Part shown: positions 1 to 9,609 of the stretch, piece by piece | Layout of the letters: every line of letters begins with the position of its first letter | How positions within the stretch are numbered: the stretch's first letter is position 1 | Source: an uncultured Chloroflexia bacterium | GTDB lineage: Bacteria; Chloroflexota; Limnocylindria; Limnocylindrales; CSP1-4 | Direction: 5' to 3' | Assembly: GCA_963767165.1 (NCBI GenBank) | Contig: CAVYCV010000005.1 | Span: forward strand, 111,178 to 175,177 | DNA length: 64,000 bases | Made by a program: the position numbers and the translations under genes | The notes under the pieces: generated by a model | The model's input: only the letters and a program-made list of their open reading frames with translations | Told to the model about the DNA's origin: nothing | The model's database searches: none

Positions 1-701
1 TGGCCATGTGCAGGTGCTTGCTGAACGGCAGGTAACAGAGGAAGGCGGCGACGAGTGCGATGTGGCCCCACCACAACACGGCGAACCCGGCGCCGAGCGC
101 GTCCGCGCCCGAGCACCGCCCGCAGCGGCACGGCGAGCGCGTTCGAGATGAACGCCCCGTCGATCTCGCCGTGCGCCGCGACCTCGAAGACCTGCGCCAG
201 CAGCTCGGTCGCGACCACGCCGCCGATCATCGCGAGGATCAGGAGCGCGTCACGGTTGAGGGTCAGGCGCTTGGGCTTGGTCACGAGGCGGCGCAGGAAC
301 GCCCAGCCGACCGCGACGAGGACGATGACCGCGACGACGTTCTGCATCGCGCTCACGAGCGCCCACAGCAGGCCGTCGAACGGGATCGAGATGACGGCCT
401 GGATGACCCCGCCGGTCACGATGTTGGCGGTCCCGATCGTGAGCAGCACGAAGCCCCAGAAGATGCCGGCGTGCATCAGCCCGGCCCGGGCGTCCTTGAA
501 CATCTTCGTCTGCACGAACGCGTAGCGGATCAGCCCGACGAACCGGGTCGGGATGTCCGAGAACGGACTCGGCCCGCTGGCGCGCACCGCCGCGAACACG
601 CGCAGGTGGCGGGCCATGGCGAGGCAGAAGAACGCGGCCGCGCCCCAGAAGACCGGGAAGACCAGCAGGTACGCAGGGACGTCGGCGAACGGCTCGAACA
701 C
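1..701 (-). CDS. (Fe-S)-binding reductase, N-terminal polytopic membrane module (HdrD/GlpC-type). The 3' end runs off the window. Apparent +1 slip near 108-110.
   Basis: Not in the ORF track because it is open to the window edge. Hand translation from GTG at 701 gives VFEPFADVPAYLLVFPVFWGAAAFFCLAMARHL...MFKDARAGLMHAGIFWGFVLLTIGTANIVTGG. After a 1-nt slip it continues GADALGAGFAVLWWGHIALVAAFLCYLPFSKHLHMA at position 1. Confidence 0.5.
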   Translation of the reverse strand, partial: MFEPFADVPAYLLVFPVFWGAAAFFCLAMARHLRVFAAVRASGPSPFSDIPTRFVGLIRYAFVQTKMFKDARAGLMHAGIFWGFVLLTIGTANIVTGGVIQAVISIPFDGLLWALVSAMQNVVAVIVLVAVGWAFLRRLVTKPKRLTLNRDALLILAMIGGVVATELLAQVFEVAAHGEIDGAFISNALAVPLRAVLGRGRARRRVRRVVVGPHRTRRRLPLLPAVQQAPAHG

Positions 702-703
702 GG

Positions 704-1202
704 TCAGGCTGTGGTGCCGTGGTCGAACGGGCCCGCGAGGGTCTCGAGTGCGTGATCGAGGACCGCGGCGATCGCGTCGAACGATTCGATGGCGCCCTTG
801 GGGCTGCCCGGGACGTTGATGACGAGGGTCCGGCCGGCCACGCCCACGACGCCGCGTGACAGGTCCGCGAGGGGCGTCGTCGCGCGGCCGGCGGCCCGCA
901 TCGCCTCGGCGAGGCCCGGGAACCTCGTAGTCGATGACGGCGGTCGTCGCCTGCGGGGTCACGTCGCGCGGGGTGAGGCCCGTGCCGCCGGTCGTGACGA
1001 TCAGGGCGTGGTCGCCGGTCCCGGCCCGCAGGGCCGCCTCGATCGCCGAGCGGTCGTCGGTGACGAGGGCCCGGTCGACTGCGTACCCGAGCGCCCGCAG
1101 GCGCGCCTCGAGGGCGTCACCCGATGCGTCCTCGCGGACCCCGGCCGACGCACCGTCACTCGCGGTCAGGACGAGCGCCGACCGTCCGGATCCGTGGCCC
1201 AT
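704..1202 (-). CDS. mogA: Molybdopterin adenylyltransferase MogA/MoaB family, frameshifted in this sequence
   Basis: ATG at 1202 shares one base with the moaC stop (TGATG). Hand-read N-part is MGHGSGRSALVLTASDGASAGV...LIVTTGGTGLTPRDVTPQATTAVIDYEVPG. The C-part is ORF 704..901 (AEAMRAAG...VINVPGSPKGAIESF). The frames differ by one extra base in CCCGGGCC at about 913-920. Length 499 = 3n+1. Confidence 0.8.
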
Positions 1203-1819
1203 CAGGACCGCTTCCGCTTCGTGCCGATCCGACCGGCCGATCGGTCGCCGGGTCTCGGTCGTGGCCGCGCGGCGCCCTGGCCGGCGTCGCCCGAGCGGGT
1301 GTCGTGGCGCTCCCACGTCCCGCTCTTGCCGCCGGTCTTGGAGATGAGCCGGACGGCCCGGATCTCGACCCCGCGTTCGACCCCCTTGACCATGTCGTAG
1401 ACGGTCAGCGCCGCGACCGACGCCGCGGTCATCGCCTCCATCTCGACACCCGTCGGGCCGGTGGTCGCGGCCTCGGCCCGGACCCGCAGCACGCCCTCCG
1501 CGCGGTCGGGCGTGATCGCGACGACCAGGTCGGTGAGCGCGAGCGGGTGGCAGAGGGGGATGAGGTCGCTCGTGCGCTTGGCGCCCATGACGCCCGCGAG
1601 CTCGGCCACGCCCAGCACGTCGCCCTTCGGCCCGCCGCCATCGATGACGAGGCTCATCGTCTCGGGCGAGACCGCGACCAGGGCCTCGGCGACGGCGCGG
1701 CGGGCCGTCGGTGGCTTCGCGGAGACGTCCACCATGCGCGGCCGGCCGCTGCGGTCCACGTGCGTCAGCCGGCGACGCTCCGACCGCGGTCGGTCGTCGC
1801 GTGGCGGTCGCTGGTCCAT
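1202..1819 (-). CDS. moaC: Cyclic pyranopterin monophosphate synthase MoaC
   Basis: C-terminal 205 aa of ORF 1202..2107: LTHVDRSGRPRMVDVSAKPPTARRAVA...DLIPLCHPLAL...TGPTGVEMEAMTAASVAALTVYDMVK. ATG at 1819 is preceded by GGAGGA. Confidence 0.9.
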   Translation of the reverse strand: MDQRPPRDDRPRSERRRLTHVDRSGRPRMVDVSAKPPTARRAVAEALVAVSPETMSLVIDGGGPKGDVLGVAELAGVMGAKRTSDLIPLCHPLALTDLVVAITPDRAEGVLRVRAEAATTGPTGVEMEAMTAASVAALTVYDMVKGVERGVEIRAVRLISKTGGKSGTWERHDTRSGDAGQGAARPRPRPGDRSAGRIGTKRKRS

Positions 1820-1856
1820 CGGTCCTCCGCTCATCGGCTCGATCGGGTGGGTCGCC

Positions 1857-3203
1857 TTACGGCCGGTCGAGCCACCAGAGTTCGACATCGGTCCCGGCCG
1901 GGACGCCCGGCACGGCCTCGGGGATGACGGCCAGCGCGTCCGCGGCGGCAAGCGCCGAGATGACGTGGCTGCCGAGTCCGGCCGTGCCTCCCGCCAGTCT
2001 GACGCGAACCCGACCCCGTTCGTCACGCTGTGGCGCACCATCGGCATCCCGCTCGGCGACGACGCGGACGAAGGCCCGCCGGCCCTCGCTCTTGGCCACC
2101 GCGTCACCGATGACCGCGCGATCCACCGGCCGAAGCAGGTCCCGGCGACCGGCCAGGCGCCGGATCGCGGGGCGGACGAACAGCTCGAAGGTCACCGCGC
2201 CCGAGACCGGGTTGCCGGGCAGTCCGACGATGAGGACCGGGGCTCCGCCCCCGGGCCGCTCCGCCGTCCCGAACGCGAAGGGCTTGCCGGGCTGCACGGC
2301 GACGCGCCACAGGTCGATGGACCCGATGGTCTCGATCGCGGCCTTGACCACGTCGAACGGCCCGACCGAGACGCCACCGGCGACGATGAGCAGGTCGGCT
2401 CCCTCGGCCAGGCCTCGCCGCAGACGGGCCAGGACGTCGTCGAGCACGTCGGTCGCGATGCCCAGGTCGATGACATCGGCGCCGGCAGACGTCGCGAGGG
2501 CCCGAAGGCCCGGGCCATTCGCATCGGGGATGCCGGCCGGACCGAGCGGCTCGCCCGGCGCCCGGACCTCGTCACCGGTGGCCAGGACCGCCACCCGGGG
2601 CCGCCGATGGACCTCGATCGCCTCGACGCCGGCACCCGCCAGCAGGGCGATCGTCGCGGCACCGATGGCGGTCCCCGGTTCGAGGAGGGTCATCCCCTCG
2701 ACGAGGTCGCTGCCGGCCTCCCGGACCGAGCCGCCTGGTCGGACGGCATCGTGCACGTCGATGGCGGCCGGGAGCGGGCCGGTCGCGTCGCGGCCACGTG
2801 GGCCGGCCTGGCCGGCCGCGTCCAGGGGCGTCGTGGCCTCCACGGGGACCACGGCGTCCGCGCCGTCGGGCATCCGGGCGCCTGTCGCGATGCGGACGGC
2901 GGTCCCGGGCCGGACGATGACGTCCGGTGCGAGACCGGCCCGCACCTCGCCGATCACCTGCAGGCGGCACGTGACCGCCCCATCGGCCGATGCCGTGTCC
3001 CCGGCCTGGATGGCGTACCCGTCCATCGCGGAATTCGGCCAGGGCGGCAACGAGGTCCGGGCGACGGCCGCCTCGGCGGCCACGCGGCCGAGTGCCGCAT
3101 CGATCGCGACCCGCTCCGTGCCGGTCGGCCGGGCTGCGGCCAGGACCGCGTCCCGTGCCGTCTCGACGCTCAGCAGGCCGGACCCCGCGGCCGTGCCGCT
3201 CAC
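1857..3203 (-). CDS. moeA: Molybdopterin molybdenumtransferase MoeA
   Basis: ORF 1857..3674 trimmed to the GTG that overlaps the upstream stop (GTGA). Contains LLSVETARDAVL...SLPPWPNSAMDGYAIQAGD...LATGDEV...GGVSVGPFDVVK. Confidence 0.85.
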   Translation of the reverse strand: MSGTAAGSGLLSVETARDAVLAAARPTGTERVAIDAALGRVAAEAAVARTSLPPWPNSAMDGYAIQAGDTASADGAVTCRLQVIGEVRAGLAPDVIVRPGTAVRIATGARMPDGADAVVPVEATTPLDAAGQAGPRGRDATGPLPAAIDVHDAVRPGGSVREAGSDLVEGMTLLEPGTAIGAATIALLAGAGVEAIEVHRRPRVAVLATGDEVRAPGEPLGPAGIPDANGPGLRALATSAGADVIDLGIATDVLDDVLARLRRGLAEGADLLIVAGGVSVGPFDVVKAAIETIGSIDLWRVAVQPGKPFAFGTAERPGGGAPVLIVGLPGNPVSGAVTFELFVRPAIRRLAGRRDLLRPVDRAVIGDAVAKSEGRRAFVRVVAERDADGAPQRDERGRVRVRLAGGTAGLGSHVISALAAADALAVIPEAVPGVPAGTDVELWWLDRP

Positions 3204-4354
3204 CACGGCGAGATGCCCGCGCGATCCGCGCGGCCCTGGATCGCGGCGGCCACCGCGCGCCGGGTCAGCAGGCCCGCGAACCTGCCGCCGTCCATGACCG
3301 GCAGCGCATCGATGCCGGCCCGGCCCAGCCCGACCAGCGCGGCCCGGATCGAAGTCTCGGGCGACACGACCAGCAAGGCCGGGGTCGAGATCATCAGGTC
3401 CTCGGCGCGGGTCGTCGCCCAGCGGGATTGCCGCACTCGCCGGAGTTGGGAGGCTCCGATCACGCCGAGCAGTTCCGTGCCCCGGGTGACCGGCAGCGCC
3501 ATCGACGCGCTGCCATCGAGGACCTGACCCGCGAAGGTGTCGAGCGTCAGGCCGGGCGGGATCCCGGCCACGTCCCGGTCCATGACGTCCCCGACGTTGA
3601 GACCGTCGAGCAGCTCGTCGAGACCGGCCCGCCGCTCGACGGTCCGTGCGGTCGAGGTGAAGAACCAGCCACACAGCGCGACCATCAGGCCGTCGATGGG
3701 GTCGACGACAAGCCCGTCCGCGATCAGGATCCCGACGACCCCGAGTCCCGCGAGGAAGAGGCCGACGAACCGGCCGACGCGCGCCGCGGTCCGCAGACCA
3801 GCCCGCGCGTCACCCGACCTGGCCCAGGCCAGCCCGCGGACCACGCGGCCGCCATCGAGCGGGAAGGCCGGGATGAGGTTCAGAAGCCCAAGAGCGAGGT
3901 CCAGCGCCCCGACCACGAAGGCGACATGCCCGATGACCAGGGCCGGACCCCCGTCGCCGAAGGCGCCCGCGGCCGCCGACACCCCGAGCAGCGCCAACCC
4001 GATGGCCAGACTGACGAGTGGACCGGCCGCCGCGATGGCGACCTCGTCACGTGGACGGGCCGTCGTGAGATCGGGCGAGGCCGCCGCGCCGAGGAAGTAG
4101 ACGACGACCGAATCGATGGGCACGCCCCGGCGGCGGGCGACCTCGGCGTGGCCAAGCTCGTGGGCCATGGCCGAGACGAGGAACAGCATCGCGACCACGA
4201 TCCCGATCCCCCACCGGACGGCCATCGGCGAACCCGGATCGGCCTGGCCGATCTGGGCGCCCACGCTCACGACGAGGATGGCCAGGATGATGGCCCACGA
4301 GACGTGGATCCGGATCTCGAGGCCGGCCAGGCGGCCGACCGGGATCGTGTTCAT
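3200..4354 (-). CDS. Site-2 (M50) metalloprotease with C-terminal CBS pair
   Basis: ORF 3200..5137 trimmed to ATG 4354 (ATGA overlap with the upstream stop). Has AMAHELGHAEV (HExxH), NLIPAFPLDGGRV, and a CBS-like tail DVMDRDV...LPVTRGTELLGVI...LPVMDGGRFAGLLT. Confidence 0.85.
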   Translation of the reverse strand: MNTIPVGRLAGLEIRIHVSWAIILAILVVSVGAQIGQADPGSPMAVRWGIGIVVAMLFLVSAMAHELGHAEVARRRGVPIDSVVVYFLGAAASPDLTTARPRDEVAIAAAGPLVSLAIGLALLGVSAAAGAFGDGGPALVIGHVAFVVGALDLALGLLNLIPAFPLDGGRVVRGLAWARSGDARAGLRTAARVGRFVGLFLAGLGVVGILIADGLVVDPIDGLMVALCGWFFTSTARTVERRAGLDELLDGLNVGDVMDRDVAGIPPGLTLDTFAGQVLDGSASMALPVTRGTELLGVIGASQLRRVRQSRWATTRAEDLMISTPALLVVSPETSIRAALVGLGRAGIDALPVMDGGRFAGLLTRRAVAAAIQGRADRAGISPW

Positions 4355-5049
4355 CCGGGCTCGGCGACCGGGGTCGCCGCCTGGTCCGTGGCCGCCTGCG
4401 CCGATGGCGTGGACGCCCGAGCGTGGGCCACGACCCCGACGACCGCCGCGATCGCGATGATCACGATGCCGACCGCGATCGCCGACTCCTGCCAGAACTG
4501 GAACGGGAAGAGCTGGACGAGCCGCTCGGTGGCCGGGTCGAAGTCGTACGAGCCGGCCGGGAACAGGACCTCGTGGAAGACCTCGAAGAGCGTGTCGAAG
4601 GCGACGAGCGCGAAGATCCCGAGTCCCACGACCGCGGCGATCAGCCAGACAGCCCCCTGCCGGACCGCCCGCCAGCTCGCCGCCCGGTCCTTGCGGCGGA
4701 CCGCCGCGACCACCAGCACCATCGCCGAGATCGCGGCCGCGATGAACAGACCCCCGAAAACGGTCCGGACGTCGCGCATGTGGCCGCGCTCCCGCTCGTT
4801 GAGGACCGTGGCACCCGCGACCGCGACATCGAAGTCCGGCGGCCCGATGACGAGGTCGGCGAGGATCGCGTTCGTGGCGGTCCGCAGGTCGGCGTCGCCG
4901 TAGCCGGTCCACGCGCCGGCCTGGGCGCGACCCTGCTCGAAGCCGACCCAGGCCGGCGTCAGGAACGGGATGATCGCGACCGCGACGATGACGATCGCCG
5001 TGGCGATGCCGATCGCGATGGAGGCGGGTCGACCGCCAAGACTGCGCAC
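4351..5049 (-). CDS. TIGR01906/DUF1461 family integral membrane protein (Lit-like)
   Basis: ORF 4351..5049. N-terminal TM segment, ERGHMRDVRTVF, FHEVLFPAGSYDFDPATERLVQLFPFQFWQE, then a C-terminal TM segment. Confidence 0.7.
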   Translation of the reverse strand: MRSLGGRPASIAIGIATAIVIVAVAIIPFLTPAWVGFEQGRAQAGAWTGYGDADLRTATNAILADLVIGPPDFDVAVAGATVLNERERGHMRDVRTVFGGLFIAAAISAMVLVVAAVRRKDRAASWRAVRQGAVWLIAAVVGLGIFALVAFDTLFEVFHEVLFPAGSYDFDPATERLVQLFPFQFWQESAIAVGIVIIAIAAVVGVVAHARASTPSAQAATDQAATPVAEPG

Positions 5050-5103
5050 CGCGCCATCCTAGCCCGTTCGGTCGAGCGGACCGCTCCAGACGGCTGCCCG
5101 CGC

Positions 5104-5493
5104 CTACTCCTCCTCGAGAGTCCGGGCCTGCTCCCACCAGCCGTCGATCGTGAGGTCACTCGGCGGGTCGACCTCGAGCTCGCCTGCGGCCGCGGTCACG
5201 CGGGCCTTGAGCTCGTCGGCATCGAGTTCGAGGATGCCGCGCAGGCCCTCGATGCCGGCCTGGATGAACAGCTGGTGCTCGTCGGGCCCGAAGCTCGCCA
5301 GGTTGAGCATCAGCGCCTCGTCGCGCCATTCGAGCACGTCGTTCGTGGTCGCGACCACCTGGTCGGCCAGCGTCTGGCGACGGGTCGGCGTCTCGGACAC
5401 CTCGAGGAGGAGGCCGGTCGTGAAGATGCCCTGGTGGTCGAGCCGCGCGAGATGGACCGGCTCGATGCGGGTCAGTTCGTCGATCGGTGGCAC
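5104..5493 (-). CDS. Acidic hypothetical protein (129 aa)
   Basis: Non-repetitive C-terminal part of ORF 5104..5823 (VPPIDELTRIEPVHLARLDHQGIFTTG...TIDGWWEQARTLEEE). GTG at 5493 lies 6 nt downstream of GATAAT (5505..5500), suggesting a leaderless-type start. No family recognised. Confidence 0.45.
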   Translation of the reverse strand: MPPIDELTRIEPVHLARLDHQGIFTTGLLLEVSETPTRRQTLADQVVATTNDVLEWRDEALMLNLASFGPDEHQLFIQAGIEGLRGILELDADELKARVTAAAGELEVDPPSDLTIDGWWEQARTLEEE

Positions 5494-5603
5494 GAAACCA
5501 TTATCGGGGACCCGCGGTGCTCGCCGCTCGGCCGGTGGCGGGCACAGGAAGGCCGGGCGACCCGTCGGATCGCCCGGCCGCTGAACGCCCTTCGGCGGGC
5601 GGG

Positions 5604-6101
5604 TCAGTCGCTCTTGATGTTGCCGCGGATCTCGCCGGTCGGGAAGGTCGGCGTGTGGACGTTGGCATAGGTCGCGCCGTGGCGGATGGCACGGACGACT
5701 TCGGCGAACTCGGTCGCGGCGATGCCCTGGACGCCTGGGCCGACCACGTCGGCCGCCACGATCGTGCCGCTGACCGTGCCCGATGGAGCCGCCGGGCAGG
5801 CAGGCTTGCCACCGCCACCACACAGGAAGACCGCGACCCCACCGGCCACGTCGGGACGACCGAAGTGGATGTGGGCGAAGAGCGGCGCGCCCGTGAGGTT
5901 CCTGTAGGTCAGCGTGTACTCCATCCAGTCCTTGTGGATCCTGAGCCGGAACGAACCCGACCCTGCGGTCGAGACCGAAGGCGTCTCGAGGTATCCGTTG
6001 AGTGACGCCTTGAACTTGTTGCCGCCGTCACCGGCGACCACCGGCGCGAGCACCGCGAGCAGCAGACCCGCTGTCGCGACGACGAGCAGAAGCCTTCTCA
6101 T
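5604..6101 (-). CDS. Secreted CHRD domain protein
   Basis: ORF 5604..6152 trimmed to MRRLLLVVATAGLLLAVLAPVVAG (signal peptide, GGAGAG upstream). Also APLFAHIHFGRPDVAGGVAVFLCGG and ATYANVHTPTFPTGEIRGNI. Confidence 0.8.
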   Translation of the reverse strand: MRRLLLVVATAGLLLAVLAPVVAGDGGNKFKASLNGYLETPSVSTAGSGSFRLRIHKDWMEYTLTYRNLTGAPLFAHIHFGRPDVAGGVAVFLCGGGGKPACPAAPSGTVSGTIVAADVVGPGVQGIAATEFAEVVRAIRHGATYANVHTPTFPTGEIRGNIKSD

Positions 6102-6335
6102 CCATCTCTCCTCTGGAGTCTGGCCTGGGCCTGATCGAGTCGGTCGGGGCACACCCTCCTTTCGGCGCCGCAGGTCGCGAACAGGCGGGAGACCGAGTCA
6201 CGTCGCGACCGTCGCGGGCGCGGGCGGGCGTCGGGGCGACCGCCCATACCCGGACGTACGCCGCGGACGCGCGGCCGGTTCTCCGAAGCCTGGGGTTCCG
6301 CTCGACGTCGAGCCGATGGCGGGCGCTCGCCCGGG

Positions 6336-6527
6336 TCAGTCGTCAGGAAACGGCGGCGGGACGGGCCGATCGGCGGCCATCGCTTCCTCGATCAGGCGGT
6401 GGTACTCGGCGCGCAGCCGCTCGATCTCGCCCTGGAGCCGTTCGGCTTCCGCGGCGACGGACACGAGGTCGCGCTCGGCGGCCCGCCACTGGGCGAGGAC
6501 TTCCTGGGCCAATCGTTGGTAGGGCAT
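6336..6527 (-). CDS. Small coiled-coil protein (63 aa)
   Basis: C-terminal part of ORF 6336..6644: MPYQRLAQEVLAQWRAAERDLVSVAAEAERLQGEIERLRAEYHRLIEEAMAADRPVPPPFPDD. Confidence 0.45.
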   Translation of the reverse strand: MPYQRLAQEVLAQWRAAERDLVSVAAEAERLQGEIERLRAEYHRLIEEAMAADRPVPPPFPDD

Positions 6528-6555
6528 CGGACGTCCTGCGCTGCACGCTTTCCCG

Positions 6556-6859
6556 GTGCCACGAGTATGCACGCTCCGCCGCGTCCCTGGCTCGCCCGAG
6601 GCGGCCGAGACCGAGTGGGATGCATTCGGCTCGGCGCTCGCCATCGCGAACTTCGGGTGGACACGGCAGGCGGACCTCGCGGTCGGCGTCCACCTCGAGC
6701 GGCTTGGGAGCCACCGCGAAGCCGGGGTGGTCGACGTGCTCTACGGCCGGGCATCCGGCCTCAACGCCATCAACGCCCAGGCCTGGTCGCAGGACTCGGC
6801 CGGCGTCAAGGGCGCCGTGGAGACGCGCGACTACTTCGGGGACCAGCCTGACGCCCTAG
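6556..6859 (+). pseudogene. Remnant of an FG-GAP (integrin-alpha-like) repeat protein
   Basis: ORF 6556..6990 residues 21-96: WDAFGSALAIANFGWTRQADLAVGVHLERLGSHREAGVVDVLYGRASGLNAINAQAWSQDSAGVKGAVETRDYFGD. This is about 1.5 FG-GAP repeats with no signal peptide, running into the antisense of the ALDH gene. Confidence 0.4.
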
Positions 6860-8376
6860 CCGGCGGGCTTGTCGCCGAAGACCGTGTAGTGCCAGCCCTT
6901 CTCGGGCTCGCCGGTCAGCTCGAGCATCACGTGCTTGACCCGCGTGTACTCCTCGAACGAGTACGTCGACATGTCCTTGCCGCTGCCTGACTGCTTGAAG
7001 CCGCCGTGGGGCATCTCCGAGGTCACCATCAGGTGGTCGTTGACCTGGACGTGCCCGAAGTCGAGCGTCCGGGCCGCCTCCATCGCGGTGAACACGTCGC
7101 GCGTCCAGATCGAAGCCGCCAGGCCGTAGCGCGTGTCGTTGGCCTTCTCGAAGGCCTCCTCGATCGTGTCGAACGGCAGGACCGCGAGCACCGGCCCGAA
7201 GATCTCGTCCTGGACGATCTCGCTGTCCTGGGCGCAGTCGGCGACGATCGTCGGGCGGTAGAACGCCCCGTTCGGGAACCCGGGCACCTCGGGCGCGAAT
7301 CCGCCGGCCACGACCCGCGCGCCGGCGGCCTTCGCCCGCTCGACGAACCCGGCCGCGCGGGCGACCTGCGTGTCGGAGATGAGCGTCCCAAGATCGGTCG
7401 AGGGATCGAACGGGTCGCCGACCCGCACGCCATCGAACAGCTCGGCCGTCCGCGCCAGGAATACCTCGTAGACGCTGCGATGGACGTACGCCCGCGTCGC
7501 CGCGGTGCAGTCCTGGCCGCCGTTGATGAGCGCGCCCGCGGTCGCGCCGCGGGCCGCGGCCTCGATGTCCGCGTCGGCGCACACGATGAACGGCGCCTTG
7601 CCACCGAGCTCGAGATGGACGCGCTTGAGGTTCGCCGACGCGAGTGCCTGGATCTTCTTGCCGGTCTCGGTGTCGCCGGTCAGCGAGATGAGATCGACGT
7701 CCATGTGCGCCGCCAGCGCGGCGCCGACGACCTCTCCCCGCCCGGTGACGACGTTCAGGACGCCGTCGGGGATCCCGGCCTCCTTGGCCAGCACGGCCAG
7801 GCGGACCGTCGTGAGCGGCGTCGCCGAGGCGGGCTTGAGCACGATCGAGTTGCCCGCCGCCAGCGCCGGGCCGATCTTCCAGATCGCCATCCACAACGGG
7901 TAGTTCCAGGGGCTGACCTGGCCGACGACGCCGATCGGCTCGCGTCGGACGAAGCTCGTGTGCGTGCCCGTGTACTCGTAGGCGGCCTTGCCCTCGAGGT
8001 TCCGGATCTGCGTCGCGAAGAACCGCAGGTTGTCGCTCGCGAACGCGAAGTCGGACTCGCGCCGGAGCTTGTACGTGGTCCCGGTCTGGAGCGTCTCGAG
8101 GCGGGCGAGCTCGTCCGCGTCACGGTCCAGCAGGTCGCCGAGCCGGTTCATGATCGTGACCCGCTCGGGCATCGCCATCCGGTGCCAGCGACCGTCGCGG
8201 AAGGCCGCGCGGGCCGCCGCGACCGCGCGATCGACGTCCTCCGCCGTCCCGTCCGGCACCCGTCCGACGAGCTCGCGCGTGGCCGGGCTGCGCACCTCGA
8301 GCCAGCGACCACTCGACGACGGCACGGACGCGCCATCGATGAACATCGGATAGTCGGTGGTGACCTCGACGGCCAT
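6856..8376 (-). CDS. NAD(P)-dependent aldehyde dehydrogenase
   Basis: Intact 506-aa ORF with VSPWNYPLWMAIWK, ELGGKAPFIV, GQDCTAATR and EEIFGPVL-like EIFGPVLAV. Confidence 0.9.
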   Translation of the reverse strand: MAVEVTTDYPMFIDGASVPSSSGRWLEVRSPATRELVGRVPDGTAEDVDRAVAAARAAFRDGRWHRMAMPERVTIMNRLGDLLDRDADELARLETLQTGTTYKLRRESDFAFASDNLRFFATQIRNLEGKAAYEYTGTHTSFVRREPIGVVGQVSPWNYPLWMAIWKIGPALAAGNSIVLKPASATPLTTVRLAVLAKEAGIPDGVLNVVTGRGEVVGAALAAHMDVDLISLTGDTETGKKIQALASANLKRVHLELGGKAPFIVCADADIEAAARGATAGALINGGQDCTAATRAYVHRSVYEVFLARTAELFDGVRVGDPFDPSTDLGTLISDTQVARAAGFVERAKAAGARVVAGGFAPEVPGFPNGAFYRPTIVADCAQDSEIVQDEIFGPVLAVLPFDTIEEAFEKANDTRYGLAASIWTRDVFTAMEAARTLDFGHVQVNDHLMVTSEMPHGGFKQSGSGKDMSTYSFEEYTRVKHVMLELTGEPEKGWHYTVFGDKPAG

Positions 8377-8433
8377 GACGGGGGCCTCCTGCGGGCAACG
8401 GACTCGTCGGCCGAGTCTAGCGCAGGGTCGGGC

Positions 8434-9609
8434 TCACGGACCCGGCTCCGCCTTGCCCTCGCGGCCCAGCACGACCCGGGCGAACGCCTGGTACGCGACG
8501 TCCTCGAGCGGCGGGTTGATGAGGCCGGCCCGGGCGTCGCGCAGGGCCCGTTCCAGGCGGCCGGCGAGGAAGCCCGGGCCGCCGGCGATGCGCATGGCCT
8601 CGTCCGTGGCGGTGACCGCCGCCTGCGTCGCGACGAGCTTGGCGAGTGGCACGTCCGAGGCCGCGGCGGCCATCGCGGCCGCATCGTCCGCGGCGACAGC
8701 CTCGTCCCAGCGCCGCGCGACGTCGAGCAGCACGATCCGGGCGGCACGCAGCGTGGCGTCGAGCCGGCCGAGCCGAACCTGGACGCTGGGCACGTCGGCG
8801 ACCGAGGTCGAGCCGTCGCCCGGCCGGCGATCGAGCGCGAAGCGCGCGACGTCGCGCCGCGCACCCTCCCCGATCCCGAGGTACGCAGCCGCCATCGCCG
8901 CCCCGAACCAGGCGCCCGGCCCGGGCCCGCGCGGGTCCGGCTCGTCGGCGCGACGCTCGAGGACGAGGGCGTCCGCCGGTACCGTCGTGCCATCGAATCG
9001 CAAGCGGCCCGACGCCGAGCCGCGCATGCCCAGCGCCTCGAAGCCGGGCGAGCGATGCACGCCGGGCGACTCGAGATCCACGAGCAGCAGGCCGATGACC
9101 GGCGGGTCCGACTCTCCCATCCGGGCGCTGATGAGCGCGAGGCGCAGCACGGGCAGCCAGGTCGTCCACGTCTTCTCGCCGGTCAGCCGCCAGCCGCCGT
9201 CCGGGTCCGGGTCGGCGATCGTGCCCGGGATCGCGCCACGGGACGGCGAACCGCCACTCTCCTCGGTCGAGGCGGCATTGACGAGCGCGCCCTCGTCCAA
9301 CACGGCGCGGACGAGCCGCTCGCGGGGCGCCGCGGGCCAGCCCGCACCCTGGAGCGCAGCGCCGGTGACGTGGACGTGCATCGCGAACCCGAGCGCGGTC
9401 GAGCCGTCGATCGCGCCGATCGCCAGGAGCGCCTCGGCCGCCTCGACCATGCCGCCGCCCATCCCGCCGTCGGCGGCCGGCACGACCAGCCGGTGGAGCC
9501 CGGACCGGACGATCGCCTCGGCCGCCCGCGGGTCGAACTCGTCGCCCAGTTCGAGTGCTCGAAGCGCGGCGACAGCCTCCTCGAGCGCCGCGGCCATCTC
9601 GGGCGTCAC
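8434..9609 (-). CDS. Acyl-CoA dehydrogenase family protein
   Basis: C-terminal 391 aa of ORF 8434..10164. GTG at 9609 overlaps the ydeI-like stop (GTGA). Contains GWRLTGEKTWTTW and the C-terminal helical domain LAKLVATQAAVTATDEAMRIAGG. Confidence 0.65.
   Translation of the reverse strand: MTPEMAAALEEAVAALRALELGDEFDPRAAEAIVRSGLHRLVVPAADGGMGGGMVEAAEALLAIGAIDGSTALGFAMHVHVTGAALQGAGWPAAPRERLVRAVLDEGALVNAASTEESGGSPSRGAIPGTIADPDPDGGWRLTGEKTWTTWLPVLRLALISARMGESDPPVIGLLLVDLESPGVHRSPGFEALGMRGSASGRLRFDGTTVPADALVLERRADEPDPRGPGPGAWFGAAMAAAYLGIGEGARRDVARFALDRRPGDGSTSVADVPSVQVRLGRLDATLRAARIVLLDVARRWDEAVAADDAAAMAAAASDVPLAKLVATQAAVTATDEAMRIAGGPGFLAGRLERALRDARAGLINPPLEDVAYQAFARVVLGREGKAEPGP

Noticed and set aside
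6102-6335. 234-nt gap upstream of the CHRD gene as a possible riboswitch or sRNA
   Set aside because: I see only short GC hairpins (CGGGCG..CGCCCG and the palindrome GCTCGACGTCGAGC) compatible with a terminator for the upstream mini-gene. I cannot match it to any known RNA family by eye.
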